Shown here: positions 13,912 to 25,629 of the stretch, in pieces
How the letters are laid out: the number at the start of each line of letters is the position of its first letter
How positions within the stretch are numbered: the stretch's first letter is position 1
Origin: Anthoceros angustus
Taxonomy: Eukaryota; Plantae; Anthocerotophyta
Assembly: GCA_010909165.1 (NCBI GenBank)
Contig: MU008156.1
Span: 558,001 to 622,000, forward strand
Length of the DNA stretch: 64,000 bases
Reading direction: 5' to 3'
Position numbers and translations under genes: made by a program
Notes under the pieces: model-generated
The model's input: the letters and a program-made list of their open reading frames with translations, nothing else
The model's database searches: none
Told to the model about the DNA's origin: nothing

Positions 13912-15609
13912 CTCTGGGCTGTCTGTGATGCCTTTATGTATCTGGCAGGTTCATTTGCTGCTTTATCCTAGCTCTTGCTAACTCTCCCACCGCCTCCTAG
14001 CTGGGCTGCAAAGATCGAGGCACAGGCAGGCAGGGACAACTTCCCGGGATGCGCCACATGAGGCCGCAGCGGGCAGTGGCGAATTCACCCCCCGTGTCAC
14101 ATACCAGCAAGCTCCCTTCCGTCCCCGGCCCCTCCCTCTGGAGCCCTGTCGCCCGAGCTCCCCACCCCCAAAATGCAATCCCCCAAGAACATGAGCCCCC
14201 AAGATCTGAGCTGGATGCACCCCGTATCTTTCCCTCCCTCCCTCCCTCTCTGCACCCAGGCCCCGCATTGGCAGCCGTGAAACGCCCCTCCCCACCACCA
14301 AACCCTGCCCCCGTCACCCTGACGCTCCTCTCCCCACCGCAATTGCAGACGCGGCCCAGCGCAATCCAGCCCCGCCCGCCCGCCCCGATCTACCACTCCC
14401 CGTCCGTGGACCCGCCCGGCGCCCAACAACCTAACGCTCTCCCCGGCCTGCCCCAAGATTTGCCCTTTGCGCTCACCCCTGCTCCAGACTCCCGCATCCC
14501 GGGGCTCCGGCCCCCTGGTGCGGCAATCCCGCTCGGCTCGCCAAGGCCCCCGCTCCAACCTGCGATGGGCTGCTCTTCCCTTTCCTCCTGCGAGCCTGCC
14601 CCGCTGCCCTCCCTGCAAGGCCGTCCCTGCCGCTCACAGCAGAGCAGACCAGCACAGAGGCCGGCCAAATCCCGAGGCCTCAGCGGAAGGCAAAGGCAGA
14701 GGCAAGCGGAGCTCCGAGTGGTGGGTGCGGGACGGAAGGGAAGGGAAGCTGGGAGCGGGAGAAGGCGGCGGAAGGGGGCGATTTGCGAGGAGCGCGGGAA
14801 GCTGGTGAGGACAATGCGCGGCAGCGCAGGGCGCGGTGTTGGCCTCGGAGTGGAGCTGCGTTAGCGATGGCCTGCTGCTGCTGGGCTCAGGCTGGCTTCG
14901 GCTTTCCGCTTCCGCTTCCGCTTCGGCTTGGCCTTGCCTTTGGCTTTGGCTCGGCTGGGCCTCTCTTTCTCTGCATGTGCTCTACTGTCGGGCCCTCTCT
15001 CTCGCTCTCTCTCCACTACCCGCGCAGGCCCCGGCTTTCCTACCCTGTCCGGTGGCCCCAGGATTTGTTTGGACGTCACGCCTGCCCGGCTATCCGCTTC
15101 CCTTCCGGCTACCTACTCCGCATTCTTCTTTGTTTTTCTCAACCGGTAAAGTCAACATGTGGTTGACTTTTATAATCCACATACATACATATGTATCTAG
15201 GTACATACATATCAGTGTACGTAAGTTGATGGATGAGCTTCATAAATATGTTCATTATGTATATATATAAATATATTTTTATGATTATAGAACCAAAGTT
15301 TTAAATAAATTAGCATATTAGTAAATATATTTATAGGATGATATTTTAATATTTATATCAATTTAAACTTAAAAAATAATTAGATTCTTAACACAAAATA
15401 GGTAGAACGAGTGGTAGCTTCCTCCATCATATCATTTCATATTTATTTATACCTTAACAGCCCCAATTTGGCAAGGGACTGGACATGCCCTATGACAGCC
15501 GGTCCGACCCAAAAAGCTTTTATAAGAAATATTTTTTATTTTTTAAAAAATAAAATAATGATGTAAGTTTTTTATGTTGTATGTGAGTTTATTGTTTTCC
15601 TCTAATTGG

Positions 15610-15950
15610 TCGAGCTTGAGTGTCAGAAGCCTATCCGGGCTTGTGTTAGAAGCCTATCCGGGCTTGTGTTAGAAGCCTATCTAGGCTTGAGGTTTAAAGA
15701 CCATTCGAACTTCAATGTTAGAAGCCTATATGAGCTTGAGTGTTAAAAGCTTATCCAGGCATGAGTGTGAGAGACCCATCCCAGCATCTAGAAGCCTATC
15801 TAGGCTTGAGGTTTAAAGACCATTCGAACTTCAATGTTAGAAGCCTATATGAGCTTGAGTCTTAAAAGTTCATCCAGGCATGAGTGTGAGAGACACATCC
15901 CAGCATTAGTGTTCGACGCATGTCCGGGGTTGAGTGTTAGAAATCCCCTT
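15610..15950. repeat. ~23-25-bp minisatellite with a 119-bp higher-order duplication
   Basis: Unit TGTTAGAAGCCTATCCGGGCTTGAG with internal AAGCC..GGCTT palindrome; block starting at 15670 recurs at 15789. Confidence 0.9.
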
Positions 15951-16953
15951 AGTCTGGACTCAAATGTCAAAATCCTTTAATCTTCCAAAGTTATTAAGGA
16001 CATGCATCCTGATCACATCCCGGCTCCCTCATCTCGACCTGTTCTCATCTCGGCCTGTCCGTGTCACACCACACACGCCGTGGCTCGCCTTAGCCATGCC
16101 CACAATGAAAGCGAGAATATAAATACCTACTAGAACTCGCACCATAAATATCTACTCTAATACATATGCACATATATGATTATTTGTTTCTTCCAAGTAT
16201 TTGGCTTGATAAAACTTCAACCACTATTGTGTGTTGGGAGTGAGTAGGATTATTGAACCGCATCTACCTATTATGTGATGTAATATACGTCTCCCAAAGC
16301 TTGTTTCTATCGGACTTCGGGAGCGGCAGATATAAAGCATAACGCTCTAAAAACTTGCGTGTACCTCCAGTGCCTATATACTGGAACAATCAAGACTATG
16401 AAAAGGTTTTTAGGATATGAAGTTGATTATTTATGTGACATGGTCCTTCTAGGCATGTGCTATATGGATTATCAGACGTATAACCGATGTAATTTTTAGC
16501 GTCATTTAAAGGGTTGACACTCGTTGTCGACCCTACCAAATAATGTGGAAACTAATTATCAAGGTTGTTGCATATATAATGTGTGACATGTATTGTATTC
16601 TTTGATCATCTATTGTGGAGCTTATTTTAATGTGTGAAATATATTGTAGTCTTCGATCTTCTCTTAAGGAGCTTCTAATCAAGATCCTTAATCGCTAGAT
16701 TGTGGGGCTTTTACTGCGACTCCACACGCTTTGATTCCAACTTTTTTATATGTTTTCTATGCGTGTTGTGCAATGGAAGAAGCAAGTGTGAAGCTGCTCA
16801 GAATCAGCTCTTAGACTTGCGTTCTTTTGATTCGCACCTCTTAAGCGTGATCTTGCTCGCTTTATGTTTTCTCGCTCTTATGGTTTCCGCTCTCAAAAGT
16901 GCCCTTATGCTATGAATTCTTTGTGTAAGCTTGGAGGAAGCATATTTGTTGCT

Positions 16954-17088
16954 ATGATGGGGGAGAGAACTTTGGAGATCAAGGTTATAACAGCAAAGGA
17001 GCTGAAGCAAGTGAAATGGATAGGGAAGATGAGTCCTTATCTCATGGCTTCGATCTATCCCGAGAAGAAAGAATTACTTATCGTATAA
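16954..17088 (+). pseudogene. Isolated N-terminal fragment of a C2-domain (SRC2-like) gene
   Basis: MMGERTLEIKVITAKELKQVKWIGKMSPYL resembles the first strands of plant C2 domains, then stops. Confidence 0.6.
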
Positions 17089-17774
17089 GGGGTTATACTT
17101 TTCAACAAAAATTAAATTATTCTGGTGTGATTTGTGTTTCGGATGGCGCTATGAGTTTTGTTCATCTTGACTAGGGTCATAGCTTCACAAGGTGAACAAG
17201 ATTTGTAGGGCTCTATTTTTTGTAATTTATATTATTGAGTTTCTTCTATAAAATCTTAATTCAAATTTCTTTTAAATCACCTTCATTTTAAAGAGGGAAA
17301 TAGAATCAAATCAAGAGTGGAGTTGATAAGAGATTATATGTGTAAGTGAGGCTAAAATGGAGCTCAACCAATTACTTGGTATGCCATATCATCTTATTCC
17401 TTTGTTTATGTTGGGGTGATACGATGACAAATACTGCGAAGATAGATGCAAATGTATTTGCGGATACAGATATTTGCAAATACATTTGCAAATACACTCG
17501 CTTTTAAATAAGACATAGATGTTAAAACATCTTTGAAAAGAAAGTTGGTAACCTCAACTTCTTTTTTACTCAAATAAGCGTGAGAAATTGAATGAGCTAA
17601 CTTCACCAAGGTTGTTTTCATAGATTATGCCAGTTGAAAACATGAAATCCAATCTATGTCAGAGGATTTCCATTAACTCCTTGTGAGGGTGGATGCCTTG
17701 CTCCAATTCATGGGAATTGTTAACACGAGTTAACTTTGATGGACAAGGAAATCCAGCGAATCTCAGGGTCCTAT

Positions 17775-17860
17775 CCACTCTCTTCCGCCAAAGTCTTGCA
17801 ATAGAATTTGCACCACAAGATGTTAGAATATTATCCCATGTTCAGGTGCTCCATGCTACG
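17775..17860 (-). pseudogene. Possible degenerate WD40 repeat fragment
   Basis: Minus strand reads VAWST*TWDNILTSCGANSIARLWR, with an in-frame stop. Confidence 0.35.
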
Positions 17861-18499
17861 TTTCATGAAATTTTATGTTTGTTTTTAGATAATTAACATT
17901 GATGTCAATGTATCTACTTCTATCAATGCAAGGAGAAATATCTACATACAATCACAAAGTTATTTTGTATATTACATGTAGTTCCAACTCTCTATCAATA
18001 GAATATTATAGATCTAGAGTTGCTACCTTAGATTTTGAAAGTATAGCTAATGAATTTTAACTTATAGATTAAAAAAAAAATTTACGGATTTAATTGTTTT
18101 ACAATAAACTTCCAATAAAATAACCTGATATACTTTGTTACTAGCATACTTAATTGCTAATAATTTCAACATATACTTGATGACTAATACTTGATTCTTG
18201 TATATATTAATCGAGATGATTTATTAGGTATATTATTTTATTATTTTATTACTACTACCTTTAATAATTATCTGGAATTAATTAATTTATATATTTAATA
18301 TTAGTCAATTATTTTACCTTTTATTGCTCACACCCTTCATGCTGAAGGGTGAGAAGAGAGTACCTATTGCCAACTAAAACACTAACTAGTAGGGTACCCA
18401 AATGAAATGTACATACCCTCGTACATATGTTTCATGTTAATATGTAATTTTAACCCTGGAGTCTGGACTTGCTCCCTCCCCTCCAATCCGTGCTGGAGG

Positions 18500-20060
18500 T
18501 GCCGTGCGTGAGAACATAACACATATGCATCAAGGCCGATGATGCAAGAGACCGGCGCGACCTCAAACGTGGTTCACGAATCACAACAATTTCGATCGCG
18601 TCGGCTACCAGCCTGAAGGAATCACAGCAACTTTGATCGAGTCGCGCTACAGCCTTGAAATTCTCCTGCAGGATGAGGCAGGTGAAAACTGTAGCAAGCT
18701 ATGCCGGCGCATTCGCCTCCTCACATGACGCTCTTGGGTAGGCCATTTCCCTTCCCTTGTTTCGCACGGTGTTGGGCAAGTTGTCAGAACACGGGCTTTT
18801 ACGGTTTACTTGCCTGCAGTCCGCCCGCGGACTGTCTCCATCGCGAATTTGACGCCCAAAGCGGAAGAAACGTGAAGCGAGTCCGGCCGCGGTTCCGGTG
18901 CTCACTTGCCAGCCTTGTGAATGATTGCCAGCCCTGGATCTGTTCAGAAGACTTGGCAAATCCGCAAACATAATTCCGACATCAATGTTGAAAATTCCAA
19001 TTGCCAGTGGCCCTCACAGGTGAGCCTCAAACCCTTGGTCATCAGACAAGGAGCTCCTTATGTGCGGTTGGCCTTGCCTTGCTATCTTGAAGTGAAGAGG
19101 ATGTCTCAACCGCGGAACGCTAACAGCTTCCTCATCAGTTTCTGCTAAGCTGTCCACGAGCGGGGCTTGATTGCTCTGGCTTCCAAATGATGATGAGTGC
19201 GTCCTTGCAGAACCTAAATTTCTGAAACCGCTCAAACAGCTCATCTTCCTTGTCTTCATCATCATCGCCCAAGAGGAGGGAGGACAAGTAGCGGACCCTA
19301 CCATCGATGATCCTGCAGGCGTCCCATCAAATTACATGCAGAGGGAGTACCTTGAAGAAGTTGGGACAAGGAATTCGTCTTCCTGGAATCAACGTGTGAA
19401 TTGCCCTATCCGCCGGTCCTAAGATGTAGTGATGCATGTAAGGAATTGCTCACTGGCCGGCATGGCATCATCGTCTCCAGAAAACAGAAGACATTTGCTG
19501 GAAGTTCTTCTTGCCAGCCCACTCAAACTCTGAACTGAGCCTCTTGATGAAGAGCCTCCACATTCGTTGAGATCCTGAGATGACATTCCCTGAGCGTTGT
19601 CCATGTTCTCAGTAGCAGGGAACTCAAATGATCAGTCTTGCAGGAGTGATCAAGGTGATCACTCATGTTCAAGGTTGCTGTCCAAGGTTTATCAACGATA
19701 GTGCATGCACCTAATTACCTTGTCTTCCTGGTAGAGGAAGATTTAAGTAGCTTCACGGGGAAGATCAACAATGAGGCTCAAGAAACATGCACGACATAAC
19801 ACACACATGGTTTGACATGGGGCTTAACTTCCCTTACTTGATGTTGGCCCCAAGACTCGGCTTCTTCTCTTGCAATGGCCGAGAGCCTACTGCGTCGGAA
19901 AGCTTATCCTAATGAAATCCGAGATGCAGCAAGTGGTTGGTCATCCTGCATCAATCTTATACACGTTGCTCTTAAAATTGTTCCTGCCAACAATCTTCAT
20001 CCAAGACAGTTTCAAGAGTCTGACGCCTTACTACAGGCAGGCACGGGGAGGTACCAAACG
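18500..20060 (-). pseudogene. Partial, internally deleted copy A of the FAM21 gene
   Basis: 19700-20060 resembles 30380-30735; 19014-19600 resembles 28225-28880; 18500-18990 resembles the 3' flank at 27940-28200; frameshifts present. Confidence 0.9.
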
Positions 20061-20545
20061 ACGCACATTCAAGACTGACCATTACATCGATATCAGACAT
20101 CCGGCTCAGCGAATCGGGGATTCGGCTCGCTCAACTGGCGACTCCATTCAGCATCTCGACTCACAAGGGCTCGTGCCGAAGCAAGGCCTCTGAGACTAGA
20201 CTGTATCATCTGCTCTTCCTCCTACAAGGACCCAAACCTTTACAGGCTGCGAGTACTATCTCCCAACCAGGCTTGAAGCCAGGTGCACACATTGCGAAGG
20301 ATTTTACATCACCAACAAAGCCAAATGAATAGGTATTAAAAAAAATTCATGACGGCAACTCTAGCTGGTTATATCGTGCAGTGGGGATCAGATAATTCAC
20401 AAGGTAAGATATATATACACTACCAGATTAGTTAATATAAAAATTTGTTTTATTTATATTACATAAAATTATCAAAAGTAAAATATTTATTACCACACCT
20501 TTATTTCTTACCAAGTCTGAGAGATGTCCTCTATGTCGTCCACAC
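20060..20545 (-). promoter_or_regulatory. Leader plus TATA/AT-rich block shared by both duplicated modules (second copy ~24970-25425)
   Basis: Colinear similarity between the two copies; tatatata at ~20408-20417; not present at the equivalent point of the parent FAM21 gene. Promoter role is inferred. Confidence 0.45.
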
Positions 20546-20750
20546 CGGCCCACTTTGCCCATGGTATGGTAGTACATTATAGTCGAGAGGTTTCCAACGC
20601 CGGCCCGGTTTGCTCATCGGAGTACATCATAGTTGAAAGGTCTGCAACCCGGCCCGCTTTGCCCATGGTTGTACATCATAGTTGAGAGGTTTGCAACCCG
20701 GCCCGCTTTGCCAAAGGTTGTACATCATAGTTGAGAGGTTCCCAACCCGA
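20545..20750. repeat. Four ~49-bp tandem repeats
   Basis: Unit ccggcccgctttgcccatggttgtacatcatagttgagaggtttgcaac; absent from the homologous site at ~25422. Confidence 0.92.
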
Positions 20751-20834
20751 CTCATCGCACTTGGAAGCGTTTCTTGTCGAGGTCGCTATTATTGCCACTC
20801 CCCTCAGGGCAGTAGATAGCCGTAGGGAATCCTT

Positions 20835-21690
20835 GATTGTTGGGCACCTACTTACTTAGGTACTCCTTGTCCTTGTGGCGGTGCTTAGACGTCAGAAGTT
20901 TAAGTTGCTCACCTGTGTACAGTACAGCTTGCTCGGGAATGTACTCACTCTGTCGTTGGGCGGTGCTTAGTTGTCAAAAGTTTACGTTGCTCACCTACTT
21001 TCTTTTAAGTACTTCTTGTCCTTGCAGCGGGGCTTAGTTGTCACAAGTTTACGTTACTCACCTACACATGCTTAAGTACACCTTGTCCTTGCGGCGGTGC
21101 TCAAGTGTCACAAGTTTACGTTGCCACAAGTTTATGTTACCCGTCCTTGTGGTGATGCTTAGTTGTCACAGGTTTGCAGTTGAAGTTTACGTTGCCAAAA
21201 TTTAAGTTGCCGAGAAGTTTCCGTTGCTCTACTCAATGGGGCATGTTCTCATATGTCCTTGTGGCGGTGCTTAGTTGTCTCAACTTCACGGTGCTCACCT
21301 ACTTGTTGAGTACTTTTCGTCCTTATGGCGCCGCGTGCTTGAGTGTCAAGAGATTTGCTTTGCTCACCTACCTATGTACTTGCTTGAGTACTCCTTGTCG
21401 TTGTGGCAGTGCTTAGTTGTCAGAAGTTTACGTTGCACACCAGCTTGCTTGCAAGCTGGTGACTCCTCTGTCTTGTCCTTGAGTTGCAATGATGCTTAGC
21501 TATCACAAGTTAACGTCGCTTACTTGCTTGGTTGGGTACTCCTCCATCCGGTCCCTGAGTTGTGGTGGTACCACTTAGGTGTCACAAGTTTACGTCTCTC
21601 ACTTGCTTGGTTGGGTACTCCTCATCACTGTGCTGTGATGGTGCTTAGCTGTCACAAGTTTACTTGCTTGTCAGTTGTTCTCAGTTGTAG
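20835..21690. repeat. Degenerate ~60-70-bp tandem array, roughly a dozen units
   Basis: Consensus approximately CTCACCTACTTGCTTGAGTACTCCTTGTCCTTGTGGCGGTGCTTAGTTGTCACAAGTTTACGTTG. Confidence 0.92.
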
Positions 21691-21754
21691 TTTACATTGA
21701 GCAACATCTTTTGGTCCTCCAAGGTCGGGAACCTGAACCTGACGCCATGTAGCT

Positions 21755-21995
21755 GGCTCCATCTTCTAGTTCTTGACGTCGTCCTCTTTTGGTCCATGAC
21801 AATATGCAGCTACCTGCATCTTCTACTTCTTGTGACCATCCTCATTTGGCTGATGACCGTGCATCTTCTACTTCTTGTGACCATTATTCTACACAAGGTT
21901 CGAATGACCAATAGCACTAGACCAACTCAACCATCCTCATTTGGTTGATGACCGTATGTAGTTGGCGGCATCTTCTAGTTGTCATCCTCTTTTGG
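21755..21995. repeat. Second degenerate repeat family adjoining the array
   Basis: catcttcta(c/g)ttcttg..ccatcctc(a/t)tttgg recurs about four times. Confidence 0.75.
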
Positions 21996-22265
21996 TTCAA
22001 GTTGGGTGTTTCGACAACACATAGTATATCAACTACTTTGATTGTGCTGAACGTATTCAACTTCGAATCGCGTGCCACCTACTAGTAGCATCGGAACTCC
22101 AATCCACCGACCTACTTTTATTATTAAATACACGTTTATGTAAGTACAGTCCACCGACCATCACACTTAGTTTAGTTGCGTGGAGGTCACGCTACCATAT
22201 TAAATATTCAAAGAGTCCTCATATGACCACTATTTAAGACGATAGATTTCTCATTTCACCACAAC

Positions 22266-22620
22266 ATGGAGGAGGTTTCGGTGCAGTGTCACATGCCCCT
22301 AGGAGGTTGCATTGGGGCGGGTTGTGGAGGGGGCACTTCAAGAACATATCTATCCTTTGGTGGCCCTCAATGCTGAGGTTCTGCCTCATGGCGGCTTCTT
22401 TCTTGAGAAAGCTACAACGAGGGGGAACACCAGCAGAGAGGGGTGTGAGGTGATGAGAGATCTCATCATTGACGGCCCAACTCCGAGAAAAGACAATAGG
22501 CAGTGCGAGGAGAGACCCCGGGACGCGGTGGAGACGAGGCTGAAGAGGCCCGCTGAGCAGCAAATAAGAAGCTCGTTGGAGAGTCAAAGCTCCCCCAACT
22601 GCCGTAGTGGCCCTGCCACA
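22266..22620 (+). other. Unidentified intronless coding-like segment with a probable early frameshift
   Basis: TATTTAA at ~22231, ATG at 22266 (MEEVSVQCHMP), then open frame ..GRVVEGALQEHIYPLVALNAEVLPHGGFFLEKA..; family not recognised. Confidence 0.3.
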
Positions 22621-22621
22621 G

Positions 22622-22854
22622 GTGGATGCGCCTCCGGAGCATCGGAGGCTGATCGTAGAGGCCACCAGGAGGAGCCGTGGACGGAAGACGGTGACCGTTG
22701 TCAACGGTCTGCAGCTGCGGCTGGAGTCCAGGGATGCTCTGTGTATGTAAGCAGCTCAAGACCAAGGAGGGTAGCGGCGGCTCTGCCAAGGACCGACAAG
22801 CTGATGAACGAGCTCGGGCAGCCGGGATACAGGGCCAAGAAGTCAGGAAGGTGA
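22622..22854 (+). pseudogene. YciH/SUI1 (bacterial/cyanobacterial-type eIF1 family) exon, frameshifted
   Basis: Joining three frames gives VDAPPEHRRLIVEATRRSRGRKTVTVVNGLQLRLESRDALC/KQLKTKEGSGGSAKD/TDKLMNELGQPGYRAKKSGR*, matching the YciH pattern; the IEIQGD motif is deleted; preceded by a cag acceptor. Confidence 0.8.
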
Positions 22855-22949
22855 AGATGGTTCGCTTGATCCTCTCGTTCTGTGCATCATCAAGCCTTCG
22901 CTGGGAGCAGATTGGTCTCAAACAGCACTGCTGTATCAGACTGCTGCAA

Positions 22950-23412
22950 ATAAAGCTTGCGTGCAAATAAATTGCTGAAGGACGTTGGAAACCAGTACCT
23001 AATTGACCTGCCAGTGTACAGTTCAGGATGGTATGTGTTCGAACAAACCCAGGCCTAGCCGATGATACACACACCTGTAGCAGACTTGTGAGATATCGTG
23101 AAACCTCCAGAATCCGAAGCCATATATCACCAACCTCTCCGAAAAAACTGGAGAGGAGCCAGCAATACCGCCGTCTGCATCTGCATGTACGAGGCCAGTG
23201 TAAAACACACCAGCAGCAATCAATGAAGAGTGCTGTCAATCTGATCATTCAGTTCCACATTAACTGTGCAGAAAGCAAAACTTTCAGGATAGAGAGGGAC
23301 CGCGAAGAGCGTCCTCAGCATAGCCTTGAAGTCAAGAGCAACGGATACAGCTGGTTCCAAACGTTCTACCTCCATTCGCAACCACTTTTCTCTAACAACA
23401 TGCCATGTTGAC
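22950..23412 (-). pseudogene. FAM21-derived fragment C
   Basis: Resembles 30775-31230 including intron sequence; encodes LEPAVSVALDFKAML as in the parent gene. Confidence 0.9.
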
Positions 23413-23414
23413 AT

Positions 23415-23590
23415 CCATATCGCAGCGGGTGGAGGCTGTGGCACATGCATTGAACGGCTGGGACAAGGAGCATCGCTGCGGCCATGCCCTTCTTGGAATG
23501 ATGATACAGGCCTGGAAGAGTGGCAGCCCGACCATGACCCGGAAGCAGCTCCTGTCTGGGTGCAAAACCATCTTCGTGGCCGGCCACTAT
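23415..23590 (+). pseudogene. Cytochrome P450 fragment (helix H-I region, CYP72-clan-like)
   Basis: GHALLGMMIQAWKSGSPTMTRKQLLSGCKTIFVAGH resembles the GxDLLGxxL...L.DECKTFFFAGHET motif. Confidence 0.65.
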
Positions 23591-23709
23591 TGTGCTCGTC
23601 GTCCACAGATGGACATGTTTGTGAAGGAAGTGTATTGACTGTACCCAGCGGTGGCTGAAAAAGCCTTTGTGTTTATAAAAATATTGTGCTCAGAAAGCGG
23701 AAGCACCAA

Positions 23710-23782
23710 GGGGGAGTAGCTCAAATGGTAGAGCGCCCGTTTCGCATACGGGAGGTAACGGGATCGATGCCCGTCTTCTCCA
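23710..23782 (+). tRNA. tRNA-Ala (CGC)
   Basis: 73-nt cloverleaf, G3:U70 alanine identity pair, anticodon arm CCCGT-TTCGCAT-ACGGG, T-run at ~23792. Confidence 0.95.
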
Positions 23783-24154
23783 AGGCCATCCTTTTTTCTT
23801 TAAGGAACTCCATTTAAAACTTCCTGTTTGATGGCTGAAGTTCCAGTTGTGGACCCTTCCTCGATATGAGATTCTTGTCCTTACTATGGCCACCACCCTC
23901 GTCACATACAACCTGATTGTAAAGCTTTTGTGAGGATGGCCTGCCGTGAATGTGGTTCAGTTTCAGGTCCCTTGAAAAGCTGCACGACACAGGGTTGTGA
24001 AGGAACTTCAAGCTCCCTGATGGTTCCACTACATAAACCCGACACGTATTACTGACCCGGCCTTTGTTTGACAAAATGTTGCAAACGCAGGCTAAAACAC
24101 AGATCGTGCCTGACTGCCATGCCTGGTATTGTCCCGATACATGGTTTCATAGAA

Positions 24155-24970
24155 GATGAACAAGAGCCCCCAAGTCCGTTGAGATCCTGAGATGACATTC
24201 CCTGAACGTTGTCCATCATTCAGCACCTCGTGGTGTCTGCAAGAGAAGGAGCTTACTCAGAGTCCAACTGGACAGGAGTGTCTTGGTAGCAGCTTGTTCA
24301 ACTTTTCTAGGATATCTTAAAAGGCTTGTCTATAACTGATGAACAAGAGCCCCCAAGTCCGTTGAGATCCTGAGATGACATTCCCTGAACGTTGTCCATC
24401 ATTCAGCACCTCGTGGTGTCTGCAAGAGAAGGAGCTTACTCAGAGTCCAACTGGACAGGAGTGTCTTGGTAGCAGCGTGTTCAACTTTTCTAGGATATCT
24501 TAAAAGGCTTGTCCATAACTGATCCACACAGTCCTGGAGGCCTCTAACCGTAATCAAGGTGATGTAAACGGTTGCTGTTCAAGGTTCATCAACGGCAATG
24601 CAATTGGTTACCTTTATCTTCCCGGTTAAGAGGAAGATTTGTAGCTTCACGGGGAGGGTAAACAATGAGGCTTCAGAAGAGAACACATCTATGGTTTGAC
24701 ATGGGGCTAAAAACCTCATTCACTTGATGGTGGTCCCAAGACTCTGCATCTTCGGACTCTGCATCTTCGTCTTGCAACGGCCGGAAGCCTTCTGGATCGG
24801 GAAGCATATCCTCACTCGTAGTTGCAACAACTGCTTGTTTATCCTTCATCAATCTTATACACCGTATTTTTGTGATGACCCTGTTCTTAAAAATGTTCCT
24901 CCAACAATCTTCATTCAAGACAATTTTAAGAGTCTTAGCGTCTTACAACAGGCAGGCACGGGAAGGTACC
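24155..24970 (-). pseudogene. Partial FAM21 copy B, containing a 183-bp tandem duplication at 24155-24523
   Basis: 24560-24970 resembles 30370-30735 and 19670-20060; the block at 24155 recurs at 24338. Confidence 0.9.
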
Positions 24971-25629
24971 AAACGACTCACAAACGTTATAACTGACCAT
25001 TAATTCAGACATCCGGATCAGCGAATTGGACATCCGGCTCGCTCAACTGGCAACTCCGTTCAGCATGTCGACGCACACGGGCTCATTCCGGAGCAAGGCT
25101 TCCGAAACTATATCATCTGCCCTTCCTCTTAGATGGACCCAAACCATCCAGGCTTGAAACTAGGTGCAAACATTGCAAAGGATGCTACATCACGAACAAA
25201 AGCCAAATAAATAAGTACCTATTTAAAATTGTGTCATAGGCAATACTAGCTGGTTATATACCTAGTGTAGTGCATATCAAAATAATCTATATAGGGTAAT
25301 ATATACACTGGCAGATTAATCATCAAGACCTTTTTCTGTAAATAATAAAATTATCAAAGTAATTATATTAATTATCACTGTTTGTTTCTTACCAAGTCTT
25401 AGCAATCTTTTATGTCCTCCACCGGCTTCTCGACTTGGAAGCGTTTTTGTCCGGGGCTGCTATTATCACCCACTTTCGATCTCACTGCCGTAAGTAGTCA
25501 TAGAAAATCCCCAATTGTATGTTTGTTATATACTACCCACTTTCCTCATGGCAAAAGATAGTCGGAGGGAATCCTTGATTGTTGTGCACCTACTTGTTTG
25601 GGTACCTACATACTTGGGTACTCGTCTTA

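Noticed and set aside
13978-15270. Several long overlapping ORFs (for example 14049-14864)
   Set aside because: GC-rich low-complexity 5'UTR/promoter region of the BRWD-like gene; the Pro/Arg/Gly-rich translations show no domain
18331-18390. Perfect hairpin CACCCTTCA-TGC-TGAAGGGTG as a Helitron 3' end (other hairpins at ~16510 and ~22177)
   Set aside because: The nearest CTAG is about 35 nt away, farther than typical, and no matching 5' TC end could be defined
20835-21690. CRISPR-like array
   Set aside because: The inter-repeat segments are related to each other rather than unique spacers, the repeats are degenerate, no cas genes are present and the context is eukaryotic
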